Virus record (IMG/VR): IMGVR_UViG_3300032240_002475
Coordinates: 58,291 to 122,290 of that record
Source of the DNA: a virus
DNA: 64,000 nucleotides
Reading direction: 5' to 3' (one strand)
Below are positions 1 to 9,469 of the stretch, piece by piece (within the stretch, counting starts at the first letter, position 1; each line of letters begins with the position of its first letter). The notes under the pieces are model-generated. The model had not been told where the DNA came from. It did no database searches and worked only from the letters and a program-made list of their open reading frames with translations. The position numbers and the translations under genes are program-made.

Positions 1-2
1 GG

Positions 3-710
3 TGTAAACCTGACGTAGATGAATCTTTGTGTCATAAATGTAATACAGCTGTCTTCCTAATGTGGGCAAACGGCATTCCTTTAACAACAAAGGAGGGTAG
101 TCCCCAAATTAATCTAAATAATGGATTACAAGGTTACGGAAAAAGTGGACCATCTAGAGTTGTTGAACTTGTCGTGAGTGCGGAACAAAAGAAACAAATC
201 TTAGCAAAAAATCCTGAAGAAATTGTAATAACCTACGGATGTGCATTACCGAACTGTCATAGTGACCCTGCACACATAACAATTATTAATACTGAAGGTC
301 AAGTTTTATTACCAGGTACTTTTTTAACAACGGGAGGAAAAAATCAAATGAAAAAAGATAATCCTCCAATTACTTTGTTAAAACTTAATAAATGTGGAGA
401 AAAAATTTGGCCACCGTCACCTGAATCTGTTCCTCAAAAGGTAGAAATTGCCCCCCAAGAAAAACCACAACCAAAAGTTAAAAAAATTGATATTAACACA
501 AGTTACCCATCTAGCATTATGGAATTGTACAAATTTGTGGGTGAAGACAAAATTTTAAAAATACCCGAGGATAAAAAACAATATTTTGCACGTTATATTA
601 ATGACTTGAACGGTAAACCTTGGGATGAAGTTATGGACTCTTTGAATATGGCTAGTTGGGAGAAAAAAGAATTTAGACAATATCTTAAAAAGATGTCAAA
701 CAATCAATAA
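3..710 (+). CDS. Hypothetical protein, 5'-truncated by the window edge
   Basis: The frame is open from position 3 (CKPDVDESLCHKC...) to TAA at 708-710, so the TTG start at 27 in the track is probably internal. Confidence 0.7.
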   Translation, partial: CKPDVDESLCHKCNTAVFLMWANGIPLTTKEGSPQINLNNGLQGYGKSGPSRVVELVVSAEQKKQILAKNPEEIVITYGCALPNCHSDPAHITIINTEGQVLLPGTFLTTGGKNQMKKDNPPITLLKLNKCGEKIWPPSPESVPQKVEIAPQEKPQPKVKKIDINTSYPSSIMELYKFVGEDKILKIPEDKKQYFARYINDLNGKPWDEVMDSLNMASWEKKEFRQYLKKMSNNQ

Positions 711-1072
711 AATACCGTAAGTTTTACTCGGCTACGATTATTATTTCTAATAATGGTAATCATGCATTCAGTATGGTTTAATTTATTTTTCCCAAAATTT
801 GTTTTTTTATATCTTTTTTCAGTGATATTGTCAGTGGAAACTTTGATATAATAATTTTTGTTATTTATTTTTTTCATCGTTTCATTAGAAACCCATACAA
901 TAAATTCATTTTCCATTTTAACTTCCTTAAGACAGTCTACGTATAATATCTTTTCGAAAGGAGTCATCTGAGAAAAAATTTTTTCGTTCATTGGTCCTAT
1001 ATATTTAAAATTTTGTGAATAGGAATTTAACCCCAAAAAACAAAATAAAATTAGTATTATTATTTTTTTCAT
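704..1072 (-). CDS. Small secreted or periplasmic protein with a signal peptide
   Basis: N-terminus MKKIIILILFCFLGLNSYSQ is basic, then hydrophobic, then SYS|Q, a pattern typical of Bacteroidetes Sec signal peptides. Confidence 0.7.
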   Translation of the reverse strand: MKKIIILILFCFLGLNSYSQNFKYIGPMNEKIFSQMTPFEKILYVDCLKEVKMENEFIVWVSNETMKKINNKNYYIKVSTDNITEKRYKKTNFGKNKLNHTECMITIIRNNNRSRVKLTVFY

Positions 1073-1086
1073 AAAAAGTATTTTTA

Positions 1087-1117
1087 CAAAACTACTAAAA
1101 AAAATGTTTTCATCAAA
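1087..1117 (-). promoter_or_regulatory. Bacteroidetes primary-sigma-type promoter (-33 TTTG / -7 TAnnTTTG)
   Basis: Minus strand reads TTTG (1117-1114), 19 nt, TAGTTTTG (1094-1087), 14 nt upstream of the ATG at 1072. Confidence 0.55.
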
Positions 1118-1146
1118 ATAATTTTTAGTATAATTATTAATAGATT

Positions 1147-1227
1147 TTAGTTTATCAGTCCCCAGTCATAACAGGCTGTCGAGTATTCACGGACACAAAG
1201 GTATTGGTAACGTAGTCATAAAGCTAA
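1147..1227 (+). ncRNA. Putative structured 5' leader RNA (unassigned)
   Basis: GC-richer island in an AT-rich spacer; TTATCAGT(1152-59) pairs with ATTGGTAA(1203-10), CAGTC pairs with GGCTG, and an alternative TTAGTTTAT/ATAAAGCTAA stem is possible. Confidence 0.35.
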
Positions 1228-1243
1228 TATAAAATTTAAAAAA

Positions 1244-2065
1244 ATGAATTACGCAACACAAGTGGGCAAACCGACTGCGCACATCACAAAGAAAAAGTCA
1301 CGTCTAAAGGTCTATAACGGCCATCTTGTCTTTCTAAATGACAAAGATAATTTTGAATTTGAACTTCATAATCCAAAACAAAAATCTGTTCTTGTAAAGA
1401 TTAAATTGAATGGTGAATACATTTCCACAAGTGGGGTTGTATTAAAACCAGGTCAGAGGGTCTTTTTAGAACGTTTCCTTGACTCTAATAACAAGTTTGA
1501 GTTCAGTACCTATGAAGTTAATAACACGTCTGAAAACAGGTCTGCAATTGATTTAAATGGAGATATAAGAATCGAGTTCTACGATGAACAAGAAGTTAGG
1601 AATAATTTCTATTTAGGAAACAGAACTATCTATGGTAATGGTATAGTTTACGGAAGTCGTACTAACGATTATCATCCACAATTTGGAACAACAATCAGTA
1701 CAACTGGAGGGGTAGGATATTCAACAACAACCTCAACATTTAATACGTCAAATGCAACTTATACAAGTTCAATCAATACTGATGCAATAATGAAAGAGTT
1801 AAAAAACAAAGGTTTATACTCTGAAAAAAAAGGTAAAAAATCTATCGAGACAGGTAGAGTTGAAAAGGGGGATAAATCTTCTCAAGATTTTATCAATTCG
1901 TATCAAGAATTTTATCATCATACGTCGCATGAGATTAGTTTTAAAATTCAACCATTAAGTACAAAAAACAAAACCACAGAAGACATTAGACACTATTGTA
2001 CGGAATGTGGAACCAAGATAAAATCAAATTTCAAGTTTTGTCCGTCTTGTGGAAATAAGTTATAA
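1244..2065 (+). CDS. Phage protein with a C-terminal double zinc ribbon
   Basis: C-terminus YCTECGTKIKSNFKFCPSCGNKL (two CxxC), a beta-rich N-domain and a Thr/Ser-rich linker. Confidence 0.8.
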   Translation: MNYATQVGKPTAHITKKKSRLKVYNGHLVFLNDKDNFEFELHNPKQKSVLVKIKLNGEYISTSGVVLKPGQRVFLERFLDSNNKFEFSTYEVNNTSENRSAIDLNGDIRIEFYDEQEVRNNFYLGNRTIYGNGIVYGSRTNDYHPQFGTTISTTGGVGYSTTTSTFNTSNATYTSSINTDAIMKELKNKGLYSEKKGKKSIETGRVEKGDKSSQDFINSYQEFYHHTSHEISFKIQPLSTKNKTTEDIRHYCTECGTKIKSNFKFCPSCGNKL

Positions 2066-2068
2066 ATG

Positions 2069-2095
2069 AAAAGGGTCCCGTGAGACCCTTTTTTT
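2069..2095 (+). terminator. Rho-independent terminator
   Basis: AAAAGGGTC-loop-GACCCTTTT followed by a T run directly after the stop codon. Confidence 0.85.
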
Positions 2096-2121
2096 ATTAA
2101 TTAAACTATTTATAGATAATC

Positions 2122-2811
2122 ATGGGATTAAATAAAAAACATATCAAAGAAGCAACTGGTTCAGGAGGTTCGGGACATTTTAAAGTTCCAATTGTTCTTG
2201 CACCTCAAGATTGGAAAAAAGACCAACTAGCACCATATAATATTCCTGTTTATGAATATACAAATGCGGAATTAGCGTATGAAGAAGCTAGTGGAGATGA
2301 TTATAAAGAGTCTCCTGAAGAAAGAAAAAAAATAGAAAACAAAACTGAGTTGTTGTCTCGAATTGATACGTATTTGAAAAGTTTTTATACTGACCAAAAT
2401 GACGATGAAGGTAGTAGTATTTCCGACATTGAAAGCCCTGATAAATTAATCCAACAAGCGGTTGGACCACTTAAAGAAGATTTGGGGGTATGGTTTGGTA
2501 CAAAGAAAAAACCAAAAGGTAGCAAACAACCTGCAGGTCCTTGGGTTAATATTTGTAGAAAAGTGGATGGTAAACATCCTCCTTGTGGTAGACCTGAAGC
2601 AAAAGACAAAGGGTACCCAAAATGTAGAGCCGCAGGAGTTGCATCTAAAATGAGTGTGTCTCAAAAAAAATCTGCTTGTCAACAAAAAAGAAGTGCGGAA
2701 AAATCACATTCAAAGGCTGGTACTGGTAACAAACCAAAAATGGTTTCTTATAAACCAAAAAATGAAGGATTGACTGAACTTATCAGAAAAGTATTAAGAG
2801 AACGCTTTTAG
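2122..2811 (+). CDS. Putative internal head protein with an acidic N-part and a basic Cys-containing domain (DUF5872-like)
   Basis: WVNICRKVDGKHPPCGRPEAKDKGYPKCR motif; IKE, LKE, LTE and LRE motifs; TATTTAT at 2107-2113. Confidence 0.55.
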   Translation: MGLNKKHIKEATGSGGSGHFKVPIVLAPQDWKKDQLAPYNIPVYEYTNAELAYEEASGDDYKESPEERKKIENKTELLSRIDTYLKSFYTDQNDDEGSSISDIESPDKLIQQAVGPLKEDLGVWFGTKKKPKGSKQPAGPWVNICRKVDGKHPPCGRPEAKDKGYPKCRAAGVASKMSVSQKKSACQQKRSAEKSHSKAGTGNKPKMVSYKPKNEGLTELIRKVLRERF

Positions 2812-3218
2812 ATTAATTTATCCAAAATATTACTTAATGAATGCTGGATGTTTTTTTTGATTTCAGATTCAAGAACTTCTCTTCTATCTTCTAAAACTTT
2901 ATCAAATTTTTGAGTTAATTCTGAGAATTTAGATGTATCTTGAAGATATACACTATAGCTATATACATGATTTATTAAATGGATAGTATAACTTTCCATT
3001 ACAACATACATACTTTTTTCTTCGTTTTTAATAATTCTTTTGTGTGAAATTGGAGAAAAACTTAATTCTGATGTTGGATTAATAATTAATTTTTCACAGA
3101 TTTCGGCAGCAAAAATTTCTTCATCTGTAGCTTTAGGTTTGGGGTCAAACTTATCTTTAAGATTTAAATAGATTTTAAATAATAAACGAGGGATGTATCC
3201 TACAACTTTATTTTCCAT
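2808..3218 (-). CDS. Hypothetical protein
   Basis: 136-aa ORF; TATATTTG (TAnnTTTG-like) lies just upstream on the minus strand at 3230-3223. Confidence 0.7.
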   Translation of the reverse strand: MENKVVGYIPRLLFKIYLNLKDKFDPKPKATDEEIFAAEICEKLIINPTSELSFSPISHKRIIKNEEKSMYVVMESYTIHLINHVYSYSVYLQDTSKFSELTQKFDKVLEDRREVLESEIKKNIQHSLSNILDKLI

Positions 3219-3246
3219 TTAGCAAATATAGATTAATTTTTTCAAA

Positions 3247-3717
3247 TTAACAATAGGCACCTGAACAATGTTTTTGCCCGTCTAATCCTTTGATTCTACC
3301 TTTGCAAACTGAAACCGCATATCCGTTAGCATACGCTGAAGGGTATACTTTAAATTTTGATTTTGCGGCTGCTTTACCTCTAGCGCAAAGTTTTGTTCCT
3401 GCTTTTTTACGACTTTCATGAATATCTTCATAATCAACATATTCACTTTGTTTTCCTGCTTCTCTGTTTAAAAAATCAAATACTTGGTCAATATTTGTTT
3501 TAGCTTCACTTACATGGTCGTCAGCCCAATCATGACCATTGCTTAAAATATCATCAACAACGTGAGGGTCTAATTCTAATAATCTTTCACATTGAGTTTT
3601 AATTTGTTGTAAATTACCAAAAAACATATAGTTTGCTGGTTCTTCCATTTGTTCTCTTAATGCTTTTTTTACTAAAAGAGATAAGTTTTTTTCTGATAAA
3701 TTTATTAATTTACTCAT
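3247..3717 (-). CDS. Putative internal head protein with a basic C-terminal KVYPSAYANGY domain
   Basis: Leader LINLSEKNLSLLVKKALRE; C-terminal CARGKAAAKSKFKVYPSAYANGYAVSVCKG. Confidence 0.55.
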   Translation of the reverse strand: MSKLINLSEKNLSLLVKKALREQMEEPANYMFFGNLQQIKTQCERLLELDPHVVDDILSNGHDWADDHVSEAKTNIDQVFDFLNREAGKQSEYVDYEDIHESRKKAGTKLCARGKAAAKSKFKVYPSAYANGYAVSVCKGRIKGLDGQKHCSGAYC

Positions 3718-5222
3718 GATTGTTTTGTATTTACAATGTTAAATGTTAATTGTTGTTTATAAGTATCTTTTTCACCTGAAGTATTCACTTGAATATCTAC
3801 ATAATATTGATTAGGTATTTTGTCTCTCATATCAAATATAAAGTAATATTCATTTGGTGTTCTATTAATAGGAGTCCAATCCTGTACTAAAACTTCTGTT
3901 GTACCTTCTTTAACGTATACTCTATAAAATGCTGATATATTTTCTAACAACTGTTGACCTGTATACGCTTTCTTAATTGTAACTCCAACTTTTCTAATGT
4001 CGGTGTTGAGAATTTTTTCGTTTTGAAGAATGCCATAAAAACTAAAACCAAATTTTTTAGGTTCTTGAGATATTGGTCCAATTTGGATTCCAGCATTATA
4101 TTGTTGTAATGTAAATTGATTCGTTACATTTGGAATACCTTGTCCGTTAATTGTTAACCCTGACCAAATATCAAAATATTGACAAGGTGTGGGAGAACTA
4201 TTAAATCCATTAGGAACAATAACTTCATAAACTCCTTTAGTTCTTAAACAAGTTGATAAGGATGCCATACCATCTACAGAATCACCATTTCTATCTTCAA
4301 TTCTAACAAATGGTGTTGAATCTAAATTAACCAAATCTCCATTTTGATACACATAAAGATATAATCTATTTGTCTGACTTTTTAAAAATAAATTTCTATC
4401 ATCTTTAATAATGTCATCATAGTTTGTTAGAAGAAATGGTTGATAAAATGTTTGGGTATGTCTTGAGAAAAATGCCACACTATAACTTTCAGTTAATCCT
4501 GTAATATTTTCTATTTGAGGTAAATAAGCAACTCCCCATCCTGTAACACCTGTAATAGACCCTTCTAAAATACCATTGATTTCATCGGTCATATCCATGT
4601 TGAGGTCTTCATTACCCAATTCAAAATGTTGTCTTGCGACAATTGTAAGTCCTGAGTAATTTACACTACCTTCGTTTTTGTTGTTATACACACCTGATTG
4701 TGACCATCCACTTATTGTTGTTGTTTGGTACCAATTTGATGGCCTTGTTGAATAAGCTCTACTATCTACATAAGTTAATGGGGATGAACCTCCATTGGCA
4801 CTATTTTTTGCAATATTAAAATCATTGTAGTCGTACCCAACACCTTCATCCCAATATTGTGGTTGACCCGTATCTCCTGAAATTTTAGGTATTCTAAATA
4901 ATATTAAATCAAATGATGTAGCACGTCTTCTTTCATTTGACATAAACGAGTTAAGTAGTTCATTATCAAATGATGAAGTGTTAGTCATTTTTAATGTGTG
5001 AGTCATTGCAGATGTACATCCAGTTGATATAATACCTGATGCAATGTTTTCTTCTAACAAAGATAAGTCTAAGTTGAAAAGTAATCTTGAGTAACCGTAA
5101 TTTGGTACGATTAAATCTGAAGCACCAAAATTCAACTCAATAACAGGATTTCTTCCTGTATTAACAAAAGAGTTTGAAACAATGGTATTGTTTTTATCTA
5201 TGTAAGACCTAAGAATTGACAT
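3714..5222 (-). CDS. Putative virion structural (baseplate or tail) protein
   Basis: Beta-rich ~500-aa ORF downstream of the spike gene; start reassigned to ATG 5222, downstream of the TATTTAT motif (5242-5236). Confidence 0.55.
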   Translation of the reverse strand: MSILRSYIDKNNTIVSNSFVNTGRNPVIELNFGASDLIVPNYGYSRLLFNLDLSLLEENIASGIISTGCTSAMTHTLKMTNTSSFDNELLNSFMSNERRRATSFDLILFRIPKISGDTGQPQYWDEGVGYDYNDFNIAKNSANGGSSPLTYVDSRAYSTRPSNWYQTTTISGWSQSGVYNNKNEGSVNYSGLTIVARQHFELGNEDLNMDMTDEINGILEGSITGVTGWGVAYLPQIENITGLTESYSVAFFSRHTQTFYQPFLLTNYDDIIKDDRNLFLKSQTNRLYLYVYQNGDLVNLDSTPFVRIEDRNGDSVDGMASLSTCLRTKGVYEVIVPNGFNSSPTPCQYFDIWSGLTINGQGIPNVTNQFTLQQYNAGIQIGPISQEPKKFGFSFYGILQNEKILNTDIRKVGVTIKKAYTGQQLLENISAFYRVYVKEGTTEVLVQDWTPINRTPNEYYFIFDMRDKIPNQYYVDIQVNTSGEKDTYKQQLTFNIVNTKQS

Positions 5223-5242
5223 TAACCTTTTTTCAATAAATA

Positions 5243-6778
5243 TCAATTAAGTCTGATATTTCCGTTAAGAATCTTATTAACGGCATTTTGAAGTTCTGTA
5301 AGTAACTTATCTACTGAAGAACCGTCTTGTGTTATAGTTACTGGTGGAAGACCAGGATAAGCGTGAGTATGGGTAACAAGGAATCTAACAATCATATTAA
5401 TTAGTTCTAACAATTCTTCACCTCTAACTAAACTTGAAGTTTTTGGAACAATTTCATCGGCAAATTTTTCAACAGAAATTCCGTATAATGTATCGTCAAA
5501 ATTAATTTTTCCTTTGCCAGGTATTTGAGAATTGTGTGAAAGTAAAAATAACTTATCACTACCTAAAGCTCCGTATGTTGTTTCTCCTGTAATATATTTT
5601 GATTCGTTTAAAGTTTTTTTAATAGGAGTTTTTGGTATACCTACTTTGTTTTTGGCGTATATTAATCCTGAACCACCTTTAAGTGCTGCGTATAATTTAA
5701 TTCCTCTATTAATTTCATTTATATTTTTAACTACAACATTATTTGCGTTTGAACCCTCAGTTGTTGATGGGTTTAATTTTTCGTACATTAAGTTATTTGC
5801 TCTATAAAATATTGGAAATTTTGTATTACTATTATTGTCAGGAAATAATTTTATCCCTGTATCAGTCACGTTTTTATTATTACAAGTTTTAATAAAATTA
5901 TTAATAAATTTTATTGTATCATCTAATGATAATAAACTAAAACTTTGAAGAGCTACTAAAGTTTTTAAATTATCTGGAATCACAGTGCCCGCAGCAATAT
6001 TCTTTGAATTTATAATCGCATCTGGTTTTAGTTGATATAAATAAACTTCTCCCATGAAGGCATTCTGAGTGTTTTCAGGATTTGTTACGACCCATTCAAT
6101 CAAATATTTTGTTAATACAACTTCTTCTTTTAGTTCAAAATATGTTTTTGGTTCAAGAGCCTCTTTTCTTGATTGAAATTTTGAAAGTTGTAAAAATCCT
6201 CTTTGTTGGTTTGCAACAGGAATTACGTTCGGCTGAAGTATTTCTCCTTTGAATTTACCCGCTCTTAATAAAACTTCATCTTGTTTGACAATTAAATCGG
6301 CGCTACCTCTACCCATAAGAGCATTATCACCTGGTTGAGGAAATACTCCTTTATGAATTGATTGGTCAGTATAAGTACCATCTTGGTTTTTTAATGGTTT
6401 TGGGTTTTTAATTTGCATTCCCGTGCCCGTATATTTGTTACCACCAAAATAAAACTCTTTAAATGTTGCGGTTGGTGACGAAAAAGTGTTCTGAACGTAG
6501 TATTGGTTTTGGTAAACAAAATCTTTGTTTACGTAAATAACTTGAACTAATTCATCTACTTTTGGTACTTGATATACAAAATATGGTAACAAAGAATTAA
6601 AAACAAATGGGTCTCTTGATGTCCATATATCTTTTTGTTCATTCCATGGCGGGTCTGTAACACTTTTAAGTATATCGTCGTAGTTGTCAATTAATCTGAC
6701 TCCTCTGATTCTACCAAGCATCATTGGGTCTTCATTATTGAGAACCTTACATTGAAAAAAAATTGAGTTATTTTCCAT
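5243..6778 (-). CDS. Baseplate central spike (gp5/gpV-like OB-fold protein)
   Basis: N-terminal CKVLNNEDPMMLGRIR OB-fold motif; C-terminal LVRGEEL...THTH metal-binding tip motif. Confidence 0.7.
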   Translation of the reverse strand: MENNSIFFQCKVLNNEDPMMLGRIRGVRLIDNYDDILKSVTDPPWNEQKDIWTSRDPFVFNSLLPYFVYQVPKVDELVQVIYVNKDFVYQNQYYVQNTFSSPTATFKEFYFGGNKYTGTGMQIKNPKPLKNQDGTYTDQSIHKGVFPQPGDNALMGRGSADLIVKQDEVLLRAGKFKGEILQPNVIPVANQQRGFLQLSKFQSRKEALEPKTYFELKEEVVLTKYLIEWVVTNPENTQNAFMGEVYLYQLKPDAIINSKNIAAGTVIPDNLKTLVALQSFSLLSLDDTIKFINNFIKTCNNKNVTDTGIKLFPDNNSNTKFPIFYRANNLMYEKLNPSTTEGSNANNVVVKNINEINRGIKLYAALKGGSGLIYAKNKVGIPKTPIKKTLNESKYITGETTYGALGSDKLFLLSHNSQIPGKGKINFDDTLYGISVEKFADEIVPKTSSLVRGEELLELINMIVRFLVTHTHAYPGLPPVTITQDGSSVDKLLTELQNAVNKILNGNIRLN

Positions 6779-6980
6779 TTGTTCTGTCTTGATATATTTT
6801 TAATGTCCTATTATACAATTCCTCTACTGTATCTAAATAACGAGTTGAATTGATTATACTTTCTTTAGTTAATTCAAAATCTTTTGTTAATAAATCCATC
6901 ATTTCAATTAATTTATTATTTGGTAAATCTTTCAAATTTGGTTGTTCTTTAATAATATTTTCTAATTCTTCCTTTTTCAT
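6768..6980 (-). CDS. Small helical hypothetical protein
   Basis: Likely start MKKEELE at 6980, abutting the upstream stop. Confidence 0.6.
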   Translation of the reverse strand: MKKEELENIIKEQPNLKDLPNNKLIEMMDLLTKDFELTKESIINSTRYLDTVEELYNRTLKIYQDRTNGK

Positions 6981-6981
6981 A

Positions 6982-9081
6982 TTAATACGATTTTCCAACG
7001 CCAGATGCAAAACTTGTTAGTGCAATTTCTGTTTTTCCATTTTCTGCATTTTCTTTATCTACTGCTTTATTTGTTATTAAATTGTATAATAACATTAAAT
7101 TAGGTGAACCATCTGGCATTGTTCCTGTAGGTATTCCTAATTTTTGTAATCCTTCTATTGCGTTGATTGTGGCACGTTCAGGAGAATATCCTTGTAAAAA
7201 TTGTGCGGCTAACAACAAAGGTATTGGTATGCTTGTACCTTTACCAAGACCACCAATTAAATTTAAAAGATACAATATGTTTGACATTAAAGACTTACAT
7301 CTTCTATAATCATCAATTAATTGAGAAACAAAAAGTGCAAGGGAAACTAATTTAAGGATAATTGCATATTTTTTTAATCTTTGGGATTTACTAATATCAT
7401 TAATAATCAAAGAAATTAAATTTAATATATCTTTTTTAAGTACCTCATACAACGTTCTTAAAAATTCTCCATTAATTTTTGAAACTGTTTGTATTACAAA
7501 TGTTTTATATTTTTGGATAAATTCAGTTCCACTAGTTACAATATTACTTCCTGCTTGACCTATAGTTGCTCCCGCATTTCCAAAAGTATTAAAGGCTGTA
7601 TTTGCTGAGGTAACAAGAGTATTTGCACTTGTAACGGCTTGATTATATGTGTACGTTGCACCTGATTGGACAACGGATAATAATGTGTATAATGGAAGTA
7701 ATACTTTAGGGGTCAATACACCAGCTGCAACGGCTAATGGAAGTTGTTTAATGATGTTTTTATTAATTGAAAGCTCCGCATTAAAATTTGTTGGAAGTAC
7801 AGATTTCCAATCAGGATTTTGTGAAATACTATCAATAATATTTTCAATACTTGCAACTTGCTGTTCACTTGTTTGACCTGTTTGTGAATTTCTAAAATTA
7901 ATTAATTGGTCAACCAAAACTTCATAATCAACAGGTAGTTTTACATTATTACAATCTTCAAATTCCATAACACCGTTCTGTACGTTTGTTATTTTTACCT
8001 GAATATTTCTTAAATCGACCTCTGTTAATTTAAAAAAATTATCATCAACTCCATCTAGCTCAGCAACTTTAGCAACACCACTAACGTCAATTTCTCTTCT
8101 ATTATCAAAACATAATCCCAAAATTCTTTGTAGAATAATTTCAAATTCTGATTGATTTTGAAGTTGTGCAAAACCAAGATTTGCTTGAGTACTCAATGCC
8201 CCTGATGTAAGATTTACTAATTGAGCCCCTATGTCTACGGGGTCGACTAATTTAATCGTACTATAGTAATCCGACAAAAATTCACCAACATTATTAGTAA
8301 TTTGTCCTTTTCCATCTTGTCTATCAATTAATAAAACTCTGTAATAATCACCAGTTACTCCAAAATTATTTGTTTGTGTATATTGAACATCAAACAAATT
8401 TTGTCCTGACTTACCATTATAATTTTTACCATTGATAGTACTATAAGACCTACCAATATTACTTGTTGTTGTTAGTTGATATAATTGTTTGTTCATTGGA
8501 AATGGTACATCTCCACCATAAGGTTTAAATTTACCATCTGCAGAAGGGTCTGGTTTTTCGTAATAAACTTTACCAACTTCCGTTTGAGGTGAGTTTTTTA
8601 AATTTGAAAATAAATCAACAGATGAAATTGGTATGTATATACCTTCAATAGGGTCTCTTAACGGTAAAGGTTGTATTTGTAAATTAGATGAACTTACTCC
8701 GTTATAAGTTTGTTCTTGTGAACATCCTAATGCTTTAATTGTTTGTTCTTTTACAATCGCGGCAACTTTAGGTTCCATTTTAACCGCAACATCCAAAACT
8801 TGTTTTCTAAGATATTTTAAACTTTCTGACCCACTTCCTCTTGTTTGGTCTAAGAACCCTAATAATTGGTCCATAGAATTTGGAGGGTCTTTCAAATATC
8901 TTTTTTGTAAATCTTTAAATTTATCTAATTGAGTTGCTAGCTGCGCCGTAGATTTTGATGATGAGTTTGCAGCCTTTTTCAATAAAGACTTTTCAGACTT
9001 AGAAACTTCAGTGTAAGTTTTTACAGCCTCAATTTGACTTTGTATTTGTTCTATACTATTTGATAAATCTAATGACGGCAT
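6982..9081 (-). CDS. Large hypothetical protein, probably virion-associated
   Basis: 699 aa, in the late operon with the spike gene. Confidence 0.6.
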   Translation of the reverse strand: MPSLDLSNSIEQIQSQIEAVKTYTEVSKSEKSLLKKAANSSSKSTAQLATQLDKFKDLQKRYLKDPPNSMDQLLGFLDQTRGSGSESLKYLRKQVLDVAVKMEPKVAAIVKEQTIKALGCSQEQTYNGVSSSNLQIQPLPLRDPIEGIYIPISSVDLFSNLKNSPQTEVGKVYYEKPDPSADGKFKPYGGDVPFPMNKQLYQLTTTSNIGRSYSTINGKNYNGKSGQNLFDVQYTQTNNFGVTGDYYRVLLIDRQDGKGQITNNVGEFLSDYYSTIKLVDPVDIGAQLVNLTSGALSTQANLGFAQLQNQSEFEIILQRILGLCFDNRREIDVSGVAKVAELDGVDDNFFKLTEVDLRNIQVKITNVQNGVMEFEDCNNVKLPVDYEVLVDQLINFRNSQTGQTSEQQVASIENIIDSISQNPDWKSVLPTNFNAELSINKNIIKQLPLAVAAGVLTPKVLLPLYTLLSVVQSGATYTYNQAVTSANTLVTSANTAFNTFGNAGATIGQAGSNIVTSGTEFIQKYKTFVIQTVSKINGEFLRTLYEVLKKDILNLISLIINDISKSQRLKKYAIILKLVSLALFVSQLIDDYRRCKSLMSNILYLLNLIGGLGKGTSIPIPLLLAAQFLQGYSPERATINAIEGLQKLGIPTGTMPDGSPNLMLLYNLITNKAVDKENAENGKTEIALTSFASGVGKSY

Positions 9082-9084
9082 ATC

Positions 9085-9450
9085 TTATCTCATTTTATAT
9101 GTTTCCTCATCATTTGAAACGTCTTTTTCTATAAGATTTTGTATTAAGTCATCATCTAAGTCAGCTAATGAAAATGATTCGGTATTGTTATTTGATTTCT
9201 CCCAAATACTTGACTGTAACTTTGATAAACTAATTTTTTTCTCAACGCAATCGTTGACAATTTTTTGTTGTTTTTCAATTACTGGTCCAATTGTTGTCAT
9301 GTCTTCAGCATCTTTTAACATTGACAACATTTTATTTTGGATTCTGATTGCAGTTTGTCTTTGCTCTACTAACTCATTATAAATCTCTTGCATAAGAGAT
9401 AGTATAGAATCTTTAGTAAAATTAATTTCTTTTCTTTGTGGTCTCGGCAT
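9085..9450 (-). CDS. Hypothetical coiled-coil protein
   Basis: 121 aa; TATTTAT 4 nt upstream (9461-9455). Confidence 0.7.
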   Translation of the reverse strand: MPRPQRKEINFTKDSILSLMQEIYNELVEQRQTAIRIQNKMLSMLKDAEDMTTIGPVIEKQQKIVNDCVEKKISLSKLQSSIWEKSNNNTESFSLADLDDDLIQNLIEKDVSNDEETYKMR

Positions 9451-9469
9451 AACTATAAATACTTTTTTA

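Noticed and set aside
1147-1227. c-di-GMP-I riboswitch or HDV-like ribozyme (GGACACAAAG, TTCACG)
   Set aside because: Only short partial matches; the required GNRA/receptor stems or nested pseudoknot could not be built
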